From positions 1 through 64,000 of IMG/VR virus record IMGVR_UViG_3300033142_000925: 64,000 nucleotides of DNA; one strand, 5' to 3'. This document shows, in pieces, positions 9,467 to 18,325 of this stretch. The translations under genes and the position numbers were made by a program. Position 1 is the first letter of the stretch, and each line of letters starts with the position of its first letter. The notes under the pieces were generated by a model. That model was not told the origin of the DNA and ran no database searches. It saw nothing but the letters and a program-made list of their open reading frames with translations. This stretch comes from a virus.

Positions 9467-9780
9467 AGATTCCCCTTCCACGGCGGTAAACTCATCTTAG
9501 CTTCGGTAATGGACTCCGCACGCGCACTCAACGATTCGATACAGGTATCAAGTTCTTCGTCAGTAGCCGCAACCCAGTAACCCGTACTATCCGAACACAC
9601 AGGAAGAATGAACTCGATCCTGAGACGATGAACACACGCCCGGACCGTGACACTGGTAGCGCCCTTTGACAGGAATCTACAAAGATAACTTGCCTTCACA
9701 GCCGAAGACCTACCTACATGCAATTTCAATATCCGAGCTAATGCGCGGACATCCTTATCACGTGCCTTAACCACACTCAT
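9463..9780 (-). CDS. Putative winged-helix DNA-binding protein
   Basis: HVGRSSAV...VRACVHRLR...PVCSDSTGYWVA pattern; AGGAGG RBS. Confidence 0.55.
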   Translation of the reverse strand: MSVVKARDKDVRALARILKLHVGRSSAVKASYLCRFLSKGATSVTVRACVHRLRIEFILPVCSDSTGYWVAATDEELDTCIESLSARAESITEAKMSLPPWKGNL

Positions 9781-10286
9781 AGCTGTGACCTCCTCGCCCA
9801 CTCTGCTATCAATAAACTATCGGCGTCTTTCTGTTTATCTATCAACTTCGCGAACTTCGGGAACAATCTTATCCCGATATCCTTTGACGCCTTTTTCAAT
9901 TCAGGCGTACCTTTCACACCTTTCGGCAACATGACACGCTGCCACTGCTTGCTATCAACGTATTCATAGGATAACCCGGCCCACTCGACGCAGATCAGAG
10001 TAGCCTCAAGAGCGCGCAACGCACTTACAGTAGCTTTAAATCCTTTCGGATTAACATACGGACGTTCAATAAACACCCGGATATAATCCTTATTACCCCA
10101 CCTCGAAGCGAAGTCAGCCAGCCATGTCTGCAACTGCATCCAATCTATCCGGGTGATGATCGCTTTCTTTTTCGTGTAGCTCTGCTCTTTATGAGTAGGT
10201 ACCGGAGCAAAATACACCTCATCCCCTCCGATGAATGCAAACGATCCAGTCACTCCATTATCAATCCCGATATACGCTTTCATCAC
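9777..10286 (-). CDS. RuvC-like Holliday junction resolvase
   Basis: YIGIDNGVTG, FIERP, WQ/K, DADSLLIA acidic motifs. Confidence 0.8.
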   Translation of the reverse strand: MMKAYIGIDNGVTGSFAFIGGDEVYFAPVPTHKEQSYTKKKAIITRIDWMQLQTWLADFASRWGNKDYIRVFIERPYVNPKGFKATVSALRALEATLICVEWAGLSYEYVDSKQWQRVMLPKGVKGTPELKKASKDIGIRLFPKFAKLIDKQKDADSLLIAEWARRSQL

Positions 10287-10576
10287 TACTCCCTGATATG
10301 CTCTTGCACACCCTCATGATCGGGATCTCCCCACTCACGAGTCTGAATCTCCTCAAACTTCTTCAACACTTCCTCGTACAGGTCGTATCCGCACAGGAAA
10401 GCATGTCCCAATAGAAGAATCACACAATCGGCGGCCTCCACTGGGTCGTGATCCTCTTCCAATTCCAGAACCTCTCGTTTCAAATGGGCAACACGTGTGC
10501 CCGGTGTAGCTGTCGGGAACTTTATCAATCCGAACTCTCCGACCTTTTTCTGCAATTTCGATAACTCACTTACCAC
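10286..10576 (-). CDS. DUF550/MazG-like dATP/dGTP pyrophosphohydrolase
   Basis: HLKREVLEL...EAADCVILL...KFEEIQTREW...HIRE; start reassigned to GTG 10576 overlapping the helicase stop. Confidence 0.75.
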   Translation of the reverse strand: MVSELSKLQKKVGEFGLIKFPTATPGTRVAHLKREVLELEEDHDPVEAADCVILLLGHAFLCGYDLYEEVLKKFEEIQTREWGDPDHEGVQEHIRE

Positions 10577-12195
10577 TTGATAGCATCCTTGATATAGTCC
10601 GGGATGAACTTCTTGTTCCGTTTGTAGAACCATCCGAATCCCGAATCCAAAATATAGGTGACGGCCTTCTCTTTCGGAGACCGCACCGAGCGCCCCAGCG
10701 CTTGTATAAACATGACAGTTGTAATCCACCCATACCAATTATCGTCAAGCTCCATTTTCCGCTTGACTACCTTGTCACCCATACTTGGATAGGGAATCTT
10801 GCAGAACACCTGAATCTTGCTCAGGTCTCCATGGAGGTCCAGACCTTCCCGCAGCCCACTCGCCACGATGAATGATCCGTTCTTCCGCTTATGACTTTCC
10901 AGCATGTCCTGTGGACGGGGAAAGTTCTTGTTGAACGTGAATCTCCTGTCGAACAGGTTGTTCTGTAGATACGAGGCGATCTTCTCGCTGTGAGTCTGGA
11001 TTATTCCCTTACGATCCGGGAATCTGTCCACGATCTCCTGTACCCGGTCCACAATGTTAGGTAAGGTCTCATCGATGTCGTTATAGCTCATCTTACCAGC
11101 ATATTTCTTGACTATAGGCCGATTCTCAGGCGGGAAGGTAGATGGAACCTGTACATAATAGGTTTCATCAGGATTCAATCCAACTTCCCGGCAGAACATT
11201 TCCTTGTTGAGAATTGTGGCACTCATCAGGATCACTCGCTCACCGTAATTGAATAACCAACGGCTTGCCCACTTACCAACAAACACCGGACGGAACGTCA
11301 CGTTAGCACCGTGGCGACCCTTGCTTTTGAAGTCGAATACGAACTCAGTCGGATATTCTTTCTGACGCTCGAACAGATAGGTACTCATCTTTTGAAGCAT
11401 ACCTCCAAGGTCCTGCATACGCCGTAACTGATTCTTATCATCCAGACCGACCGCATTGAACTGACGTTGAAGGGCGTCATATTCTGCCTGATATTCGGTT
11501 CTCGTAGCTCCCACAAAGTCATCGTACTCTCCCAAAGTGTACGCTTCAGGGACCACTATCCCACCTCGACTATCGATGGTGAAACTCAGGAACTCCGTGA
11601 ACTTGCCCGGAATATTATGAGCCTCGTCAACAATCAACAGCTTACGCCCACCATATCCGCCACCATAACTGTTCTGGTAAAAGAATGAATCGAAGTTGTG
11701 AACCGTAACAGGGGCGGCCATTGCTTTCATCTTCGCTACCTGATACGGACAGTTCGGATTCGGTCCCATCTTCCGACGGCGGCAGGGTCCGTTCGCACAG
11801 CTATCCCCGGCCTCGCCCTCTATACAGGCATACGCATTCCGGCCTTTCATCACATACATATCGGGAAAGTCTCTCTGGTACTGGTCCTGCAATAGCTTCT
11901 GGACCGTCACCAAATGAGTACTGTTAGATTGAAACGCAAACGACCGGGCGACGTGGCTCTTTCCTGCGCCGGTGGGAGCATCTACCACAACATACCGGTA
12001 TCCCTGCTCGAAGGCGTCCTCGATTTCTTCGATGGCTTCCCGTTGGTTTGGTCGGTATCCGTTCCCGACAAAGTAGTCTGTAGCAGGCCCGTCAGAGCCG
12101 AATATGTTTTTGGACCCACCATCAGTTTCGATAGCTTTTCCCGCAGCTTTTTTGGCGCTGTTCCTATTTTTTGATGATGCTGTCCGCACAGACAT
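10570..12195 (-). CDS. DinG/XPD-family SF2 helicase
   Basis: YRPNQ Q-motif, APTGAGKS, Cys cluster (YAC..C...C...CPY), DEAH, SAT, EGLD, QALGRSVR. Confidence 0.9.
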   Translation of the reverse strand: MSVRTASSKNRNSAKKAAGKAIETDGGSKNIFGSDGPATDYFVGNGYRPNQREAIEEIEDAFEQGYRYVVVDAPTGAGKSHVARSFAFQSNSTHLVTVQKLLQDQYQRDFPDMYVMKGRNAYACIEGEAGDSCANGPCRRRKMGPNPNCPYQVAKMKAMAAPVTVHNFDSFFYQNSYGGGYGGRKLLIVDEAHNIPGKFTEFLSFTIDSRGGIVVPEAYTLGEYDDFVGATRTEYQAEYDALQRQFNAVGLDDKNQLRRMQDLGGMLQKMSTYLFERQKEYPTEFVFDFKSKGRHGANVTFRPVFVGKWASRWLFNYGERVILMSATILNKEMFCREVGLNPDETYYVQVPSTFPPENRPIVKKYAGKMSYNDIDETLPNIVDRVQEIVDRFPDRKGIIQTHSEKIASYLQNNLFDRRFTFNKNFPRPQDMLESHKRKNGSFIVASGLREGLDLHGDLSKIQVFCKIPYPSMGDKVVKRKMELDDNWYGWITTVMFIQALGRSVRSPKEKAVTYILDSGFGWFYKRNKKFIPDYIKDAIKW

Positions 12196-12356
12196 ATTCC
12201 ATTCTCCAATACGAGCCGTAACTCGTTAAATCTCCGGTCAAACACATGGTGACCAGCCGCGTTCCACTTACTCCCACATCCGGGCCAGATACACCGGCCA
12301 TCTGATCGGGAGCGAACCTTCTCCTGCCAGTCGGCGTCATTCTTCGCGTATGTCAC
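11982..12356 (-). CDS. HNH endonuclease (NinG-like)
   Basis: RC..PGC...AGHH...NGICLCGQHH; overlaps the helicase 5' end. Confidence 0.7.
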   Translation of the reverse strand: MTYAKNDADWQEKVRSRSDGRCIWPGCGSKWNAAGHHVFDRRFNELRLVLENGICLCGQHHQKIGTAPKKLREKLSKLMVGPKTYSALTGLLQTTLSGTDTDQTNGKPSKKSRTPSSRDTGMLW

Positions 12357-12528
12357 GACGCCGCTTCATTTCGCGGACCACTGCGCCCCGCGCAGAGTTC
12401 ACAGACACGCCTATTATTCTTGCAAGAACAGGTAACCCATATAATGAAGTTGGGTGCAACATCGTAGACATATACTCACGGAGTTTTACCATGTCTTTTT
12501 CTGTCCACTCATGATACTTTCGATTCAC
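12337..12528 (-). CDS. Small hypothetical, possible HTH
   Basis: WTEKD...LARIIGVSVNSARG; GTGA overlap with sbcC stop. Confidence 0.5.
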   Translation of the reverse strand: MNRKYHEWTEKDMVKLREYMSTMLHPTSLYGLPVLARIIGVSVNSARGAVVREMKRRRDIREE

Positions 12529-14489
12529 CTCAATACCTCTACCTTAGATTCTCCGCTGTCTGCGCTTACCCTCATAGTATTCGTAAAGATATCGCGCATT
12601 TCTGTGTGACTAACCATCATCACTTGCGGGAACATTTTCCTGAGTGCTTTGTTGATCAGACGAACAAGGTCGTCCCGACGCTTGGGGCTCAGATTCCCCA
12701 TGGCCTCGTCAAGGATCAGATAATCAACAGTCACCTCACGGTAATCCCGGATGATCTGGGATATAGCTACCCGTACAGAGATGAAAAACATCACCTTTTC
12801 CCCGGCGCTCAGTTGATTGAACGTCCGGCCACCCTTACGGTCCTGAAGTGTAAACTCCACACCGGGCTTGCCTCGATCTTCAACCTCAGTCACCGTGATC
12901 CGTCCGCTATCAAACTCCTGATACACCGATGTGGCCACTTCCTCAATCTGGGCCATCGTATCTTGAATCAATCTCATCGGAATCCCGTACCGGCTCCACG
13001 CCTCGATCAACAGCTTGGCCGCTCTCATATCTTTCCGGCCTTGCTTGATATCCGCTTCACAGTCTCGAATCACCTTCTTGACCCCGATATTGTTTTTCAT
13101 ACTCTCCCGGTGGACCTTGATCTCACGGGTATTAGCTGCAATCTCACTGGTAACGTCATCAATCTTGTTACCCATATTCTCAATATCCACATGAAGCTGC
13201 CGGTATTCATCTCCCAATTTTTCCTGAAGATCGATGAACCGGTTATCCTTGTTCATCTTATCCGCTCGAAGTTTCCGCAGTTCCCGGAGTATGACAATCT
13301 CCCGATTCTTATCCCCATCTACCTGAGCAACCGCGTCCTCAATAATGCCCCTCAATTCTATCATCCGGGCTTCTATCCAGTTGAACTCTTTAATCTGAGC
13401 CTTACGATCCACAACCGACTGCTTATCTGCTTTGTATTTCTTCCGAAGACCTTCCAACTCTTTACGCCAGATATCAATCTGATTCTCAGCTACCGGAGCC
13501 GAACATAGCGGACACTTATTATCAACAGATTCAGATTCTACAACCTTGCTCAGAAGTTCACCTCTACCTGAAGCCTCACCTATTGCCTTATCCAAGTCAC
13601 TGATAGTGGCGACCTCATCCTCAACAACGATCTTAGGCTTATCCAAACCGTCACGCTCTTTCACACTCTCCGCTGACAGTACAGTGCTATCCTTCACCCT
13701 ATCTTCGATATCGTCCTGTTCCTCTTCCAACACCTTAATGTCACGGTCGAGGGTCCTACGTTCCACAGATATCGCCGCTTTCTCTTTCAAGAATGCCTGA
13801 TACTTCTCTTCCTCAATCAGCAAGCTATCCTTCTCTGACTTCAGATCCAGATGATCACGGTTCAAGGTCTCGATCTCGGCCTCTGCGTCAGCAACGAGTT
13901 GTTTCGTTGCAACCTCATCTACCAGCCCAGCCTCAGCCCCTTCCTTCTTGGATTCTGCCAGTTTTTTACTACCCTCAGCAGCAGAATACTCGTCCTTTGC
14001 CGCCTTCAGCAGCTTCTTGTAGGGTCCAATCTCGGCGAGCTTCTGTAGAGCTTCCAACCGGTTGGCGGGGGTGACCCGGATCAACGTATCATGGCGCACA
14101 TCGTGGAGACCGAAGAAAGCGGTCAGCATGAACGTATCACCGTCCATACCGAGATGAGCCTTGACCCATTCGTCGGCTTCTCTTCCCTTCACCACCAACT
14201 CACCCGCATTACGAACCTCAAAATAGCCCGTTCCGCTCTTCTTACGGCCCCGCCGAATCTCGATGTTGTCATCCTCCCAGATTGTGACTTGATGCGTGCC
14301 GTCCCCGTTGATCCGGGACATCCCTTCCATGGTCTCTCGACCAATACCGAAATAGGCATAAGGGATAGCTTCCAATAATGAGCTTTTCCCCGCACCGTTC
14401 TCTCCGGTCACCGCAATTGTTGAACCTTCCATATCGACTACCACATCCCGATAGCTCAGGAAGTTCTGTAAACTTATTCTCTTGATCAT
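12525..14489 (-). CDS. sbcC: SbcC/Rad50-like ATPase (gp46-like)
   Basis: GENGAGKSS Walker A, coiled coils with CPLC Zn hook, LSAGEK signature, LILDE Walker B, SH. Confidence 0.92.
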   Translation of the reverse strand: MIKRISLQNFLSYRDVVVDMEGSTIAVTGENGAGKSSLLEAIPYAYFGIGRETMEGMSRINGDGTHQVTIWEDDNIEIRRGRKKSGTGYFEVRNAGELVVKGREADEWVKAHLGMDGDTFMLTAFFGLHDVRHDTLIRVTPANRLEALQKLAEIGPYKKLLKAAKDEYSAAEGSKKLAESKKEGAEAGLVDEVATKQLVADAEAEIETLNRDHLDLKSEKDSLLIEEEKYQAFLKEKAAISVERRTLDRDIKVLEEEQDDIEDRVKDSTVLSAESVKERDGLDKPKIVVEDEVATISDLDKAIGEASGRGELLSKVVESESVDNKCPLCSAPVAENQIDIWRKELEGLRKKYKADKQSVVDRKAQIKEFNWIEARMIELRGIIEDAVAQVDGDKNREIVILRELRKLRADKMNKDNRFIDLQEKLGDEYRQLHVDIENMGNKIDDVTSEIAANTREIKVHRESMKNNIGVKKVIRDCEADIKQGRKDMRAAKLLIEAWSRYGIPMRLIQDTMAQIEEVATSVYQEFDSGRITVTEVEDRGKPGVEFTLQDRKGGRTFNQLSAGEKVMFFISVRVAISQIIRDYREVTVDYLILDEAMGNLSPKRRDDLVRLINKALRKMFPQVMMVSHTEMRDIFTNTMRVSADSGESKVEVLR

Positions 14490-15580
14490 GCCAACACCTC
14501 CGTGATAATACTCTCACCCATCTTCTTGGCATTCGTCCGGTCCTTCAAAGGAACATCCGGGGAATCTCCCAACCAATCAGTCAAGAGCTTCACATGAGAT
14601 ACAGTTTTCTTCTGGGCCGTAACCACCGTTCTGTCTCCCGTAACTTTCGTTTCATACCGGGTCACATGCCCCCCATACTTATTAAACAACGCCCGGACGT
14701 ATGACTCATCAACTACACCATACTGTTTTGCCAGCACCGTGATCTTGATGATCGCGCTGTCTGCAATCTCAGCTATAGCCGCCTCGTCAAGCATGGTCTC
14801 ATCCTTGGCAGTGAGATCCAACTCGACATGCTGCCAACGTGTTCCCATATGATCAGGGAACTCGCATTCCGTATAATCATCAGGATCTTCTAACCGAATA
14901 CTCAAATAACCCTTTCTCTCATCCACTTCCCCAAAATTGTTGATCGTCATCGATCCGGGATACACGACTCGGGCCTTAGTATTTTTCCATGTAATCTGTT
15001 TATGAATATGTCCAGCAAATATCAGTCCCGGCATCTTCGCCAGATCGAGTTCCAAAGCATCGCCAGCCTCGAAGAAAATGTCATTCGAGTACTCACTATT
15101 CACTACCTGTCCATGGGTCACACAGAAGTCTACCGACCCCCTCCACATCTGAGCGATGCTTCGAGCCTTGTCTCTCTGGGCCAACGGGATATGAGGATAG
15201 AACAGCACTTTCGCAGTACCGGTAGAATCCACTATGTTAAATGTTCCGGGCTCAGTAATAGCGACGACATGGCTCATTTTCACTTCCTTGATCATGCCAG
15301 TATTCACCCAGTCAGTACCGGAATCATGGTTCCCCGGTATCACATAAATCGGAACCTCCGGGAAAGCCGAAAGGAACTTGAACCACAGCGCGATAATCTG
15401 CGTGGTAGGGTTCAGTTTATTGAATACATCCCCGGCAATCACAAGCACCTGTCCTGTCTGATGTGCCAAAGTCCCTATATAATGCAACTTGTTCCACAGG
15501 TCCAACCGCTGAACTGGTATCCCTTGCGACAGATATGAATCATTCTCTTTCCCCAAATGGAGATCAGCTATTAGTATCAC
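14486..15580 (-). CDS. sbcD: SbcD/Mre11-like metallophosphoesterase nuclease (gp47-like)
   Basis: ADLHLG, AGDVF, GNHD, THG, GHIH, YPGS. Confidence 0.92.
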   Translation of the reverse strand: MILIADLHLGKENDSYLSQGIPVQRLDLWNKLHYIGTLAHQTGQVLVIAGDVFNKLNPTTQIIALWFKFLSAFPEVPIYVIPGNHDSGTDWVNTGMIKEVKMSHVVAITEPGTFNIVDSTGTAKVLFYPHIPLAQRDKARSIAQMWRGSVDFCVTHGQVVNSEYSNDIFFEAGDALELDLAKMPGLIFAGHIHKQITWKNTKARVVYPGSMTINNFGEVDERKGYLSIRLEDPDDYTECEFPDHMGTRWQHVELDLTAKDETMLDEAAIAEIADSAIIKITVLAKQYGVVDESYVRALFNKYGGHVTRYETKVTGDRTVVTAQKKTVSHVKLLTDWLGDSPDVPLKDRTNAKKMGESIITEVLA

Positions 15581-16652
15581 GTTCAGCCTCCCTTAACTCT
15601 ACAATATCGTACACCTCGGCCAAAGCTAACTCATCAGTCTGCAACAACTTGGCCAGACCCGAAGCGGTATAACTCTTTTTCCTCTCCGGCATCCGTAATA
15701 CCGGAGTTTTCGGCTTATCCGATTTCGTCTTTCCGACAGGCTCCACAAATGCCCCGGTATATTCGAGGAAGGCAATCAAGTCCTTCACTCTATCAATCCC
15801 CACTCCATATTCAATCACAAATGATGCTTTACGATGGGGCGGGAATACTTTATTCTTCTTGAGAGTGACATTGACCATCGTGGCCAACTCCTGCGTGTCA
15901 TCCGGGGCATTGTCATAACCCATGAGCGATTTTCCCGTTTTCTTCCCGGACCGGGGCGCTCTAATCTCCATGAGGTAGGTCGCGTAATAATCCAACGCCT
16001 TCCCTCCCGGACGGGTCTCGGGATTTCCAAATACAACCCCGATCTTCATACGAATCTGATTGATAAAAATGAGAAGCGCGTCGTTCTTTTTGACCAACGG
16101 CGACAGCTTCCGGCAAGCCTGACTCATGAGTCTGGGCTGCAATCCTACATGGGACTCCCCCATCTCCCCTTCCACTTCGGCACGGGGAGTCAGGGCAGCC
16201 ACGGAGTCCACGACCACGAGCTTAAAACCCGCCTTGATCGCTTCCTCCGTAGCATTAAGAGCGTCTTCTGCGCATCCCGGCTGAGAGATCGTCAATCGTT
16301 CCATATCAATCCCCAGCGCTTCGGCATAGTACAGGTCCAGCGAGTGTTCCATGTCGATGAATAGTGTCGGGAGATCAACCCCCGTCATATCCTCAATCAA
16401 CTGGGTCTCTCTGATCGCGTGCAACGCCATCGTGGTTTTTCCGCCTGACTCAGGACCGTATATCTCAGCAATCCGTCCCCACGCATACCCGACAAACGGG
16501 TTACCACTCATGGCAAGGTTCAACAGCAGGCTGCCCGAAGACAGCCCATTGATTATTCGATTCTCAAGATCAGGAATCATACTGGCCAACGACGGCTCTT
16601 TGAGGGCCGCGTTGACCTTGTTGCGCAGTGCTTGAAGCTCTTCTTTATTCAT
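15564..16652 (-). CDS. recA: RecA recombinase
   Basis: GRIAEIYGPESGGKTT, VVVDSVAAL, RLMSQA, FINQIRMKIGV, PGGKAL. Confidence 0.95.
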   Translation of the reverse strand: MNKEELQALRNKVNAALKEPSLASMIPDLENRIINGLSSGSLLLNLAMSGNPFVGYAWGRIAEIYGPESGGKTTMALHAIRETQLIEDMTGVDLPTLFIDMEHSLDLYYAEALGIDMERLTISQPGCAEDALNATEEAIKAGFKLVVVDSVAALTPRAEVEGEMGESHVGLQPRLMSQACRKLSPLVKKNDALLIFINQIRMKIGVVFGNPETRPGGKALDYYATYLMEIRAPRSGKKTGKSLMGYDNAPDDTQELATMVNVTLKKNKVFPPHRKASFVIEYGVGIDRVKDLIAFLEYTGAFVEPVGKTKSDKPKTPVLRMPERKKSYTASGLAKLLQTDELALAEVYDIVELREAERDTNS

Positions 16653-16655
16653 GCC

Positions 16656-17774
16656 CTACAGCCTCGACTTTCCCGACTTCTTACTGCCGGTTTTCTTAGA
16701 TGTAGAACCCGTTCCTGAACGTGCCGATGACGATGTTTTTTTGCTGGTGGTACGCTTCCCAGAAGCCGCCCCTGTACCTGCTCCCTTTTTGGAGGTAGAC
16801 GCTGGTTTTCCAGTAGTCCTCTTCGGAGGGTCCTCAGCTTCTTCTTCCTCTTCCCACGGGATATCGTCTTCGAAGTCGTCATCTGCGGGCGTTTCATCGT
16901 CGCCGGGTTCCTCATCGTCTTCAACATCGTCAAGGTAGGAATCGTCGGGCTCATCCTCGGAGTCGTCTTCCAATTCCACCTCTTCATCGTCGTCCACGTC
17001 TTCGGAGTCCTGACCAGTAAGGTACGCTGCAACCTTGGTCACTTCGTCCACATCGATTACACCCAGTTCGTCAAGATCGAGTTCATCAAGTTCCTTCGAT
17101 ATTTCTACCTCGGGCATGTCAGTCTCTTCTTTCTCGGCTCCCCAGACCACAGCAGTGTACTTGGTAGTCTTCCCTTTCCGACGTTCTTTCTTAGTGAAGA
17201 GAACCCGTGTTGCAAGCTGCTTACCATCTTTAATGAACGGTGTATGTTCACCATTGATCATACCAGTGAGTCCTTCCCACTGGGCCTCGCTCAGGCTGAG
17301 CAATCCCACGTCTACATTGGAATCCTCATTGTCCGGGTCCAGTTCGAAGTCGGCTTCCTGATGCTTCTTGCCATTCTTATCTTTGATCAGAACGTACTGA
17401 CCACGGATCGCTTTCAGCACCACAGCGCCCTTGCCACGGATGTCATTCGCCCTGTTTTTGAGCTTGTTACCCGCTGCCTGCTCGTTCTCCTCTTCACGAA
17501 GACGTTTGCCTTCCTGATAGAGTTCGAGGGTGTGTTCACAGATTTCGCAGTCGTCAGTAGCGAACCCGCCACCTTCAACGCCCCCGGCGCACACTACTGA
17601 ACGCCTGCCCTGCGGACCTTCGTACCAGTGTGAGAAAAAGCTGGTGTATTCCAACCCCAACAGATACCACGGAGTCTTCGAATCGGGTATGCTCAGATAG
17701 AGGCTCTGCCCGCCTGATTCCATAGAAGCACTGGTCTGTTGTATGTCTTCGGTTTTCCCAAGACTTTTAGCCAT
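16656..17774 (-). CDS. Single-stranded DNA-binding protein (gp32-like)
   Basis: Position beside recA; H...C...CEIC Zn motif, KTTKY strand, long acidic tract. Confidence 0.65.
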   Translation of the reverse strand: MAKSLGKTEDIQQTSASMESGGQSLYLSIPDSKTPWYLLGLEYTSFFSHWYEGPQGRRSVVCAGGVEGGGFATDDCEICEHTLELYQEGKRLREEENEQAAGNKLKNRANDIRGKGAVVLKAIRGQYVLIKDKNGKKHQEADFELDPDNEDSNVDVGLLSLSEAQWEGLTGMINGEHTPFIKDGKQLATRVLFTKKERRKGKTTKYTAVVWGAEKEETDMPEVEISKELDELDLDELGVIDVDEVTKVAAYLTGQDSEDVDDDEEVELEDDSEDEPDDSYLDDVEDDEEPGDDETPADDDFEDDIPWEEEEEAEDPPKRTTGKPASTSKKGAGTGAASGKRTTSKKTSSSARSGTGSTSKKTGSKKSGKSRL

Positions 17775-17787
17775 AATCGGCCTCCTA

Positions 17788-18300
17788 CTATAATTCGGCG
17801 AGCGACCCGCTACCCTTCAACGAAGAGGCCGACAGGTTCCGAATCTCGGAGTCTGTCAGACGGGCGATCTCGCGCAGTGTCCAAACTTTTGTATTGTAAC
17901 CACTCACCAAAATATTGACCTTTTTGGTGATATCCTTCAGGTCGCGGAGAGCGGCTTTCTTCGCTCTATACTCACTGGCGTTTTCCAGCATGACTTTGGA
18001 TTTCTTAAACCCCTCAGTCTTCTTACCAAACTCCGTGTCCACATCCATATATTTTTCCTGAAACCAGAGTTCAAAGTCTTCTTCCCCTTCTTCGATCTCA
18101 CGTTCCAGAGGAATGAGAAATGTCTTCCAGTACGATATACGCGCCGGGAGTTCGTTCAATCCCTGTTTGATTTCATCCACTGACATATCATCAAGGAACA
18201 TAGAGTCCACCACAGGGGCCGAATACTTCTTACCCTTGTAAGTAAACTCAATATCGATATTCTCAATGCCCTTGATACCTATTAAACTCTTTTTTGCCAC
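17788..18300 (-). CDS. Putative UvsY-like recombination mediator (coiled coil)
   Basis: GTG 18300 after AGGAGG; helical protein upstream of SSB-RecA-SbcCD. Confidence 0.45.
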   Translation of the reverse strand: MAKKSLIGIKGIENIDIEFTYKGKKYSAPVVDSMFLDDMSVDEIKQGLNELPARISYWKTFLIPLEREIEEGEEDFELWFQEKYMDVDTEFGKKTEGFKKSKVMLENASEYRAKKAALRDLKDITKKVNILVSGYNTKVWTLREIARLTDSEIRNLSASSLKGSGSLAEL

Positions 18301-18325
18301 TTCACGGCCTCCTATATAGTAATAA

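Noticed and set aside
10577-10738. N-terminal extension of the DUF550 ORF
   Set aside because: Lies within the helicase C-terminal coding region; a coupled GTG at 10576 is more plausible
12606-13508. 300-aa plus-strand ORF (and other long plus-strand ORFs such as 1090..1719, 5420..6046, 18857..19471, 44640..45239)
   Set aside because: Antisense shadows of well-supported minus-strand genes; no motifs or RBS
16649-17032. Alternative-frame ORF over the SSB tail
   Set aside because: By-product of low-complexity GAC/GAT/GAA codons
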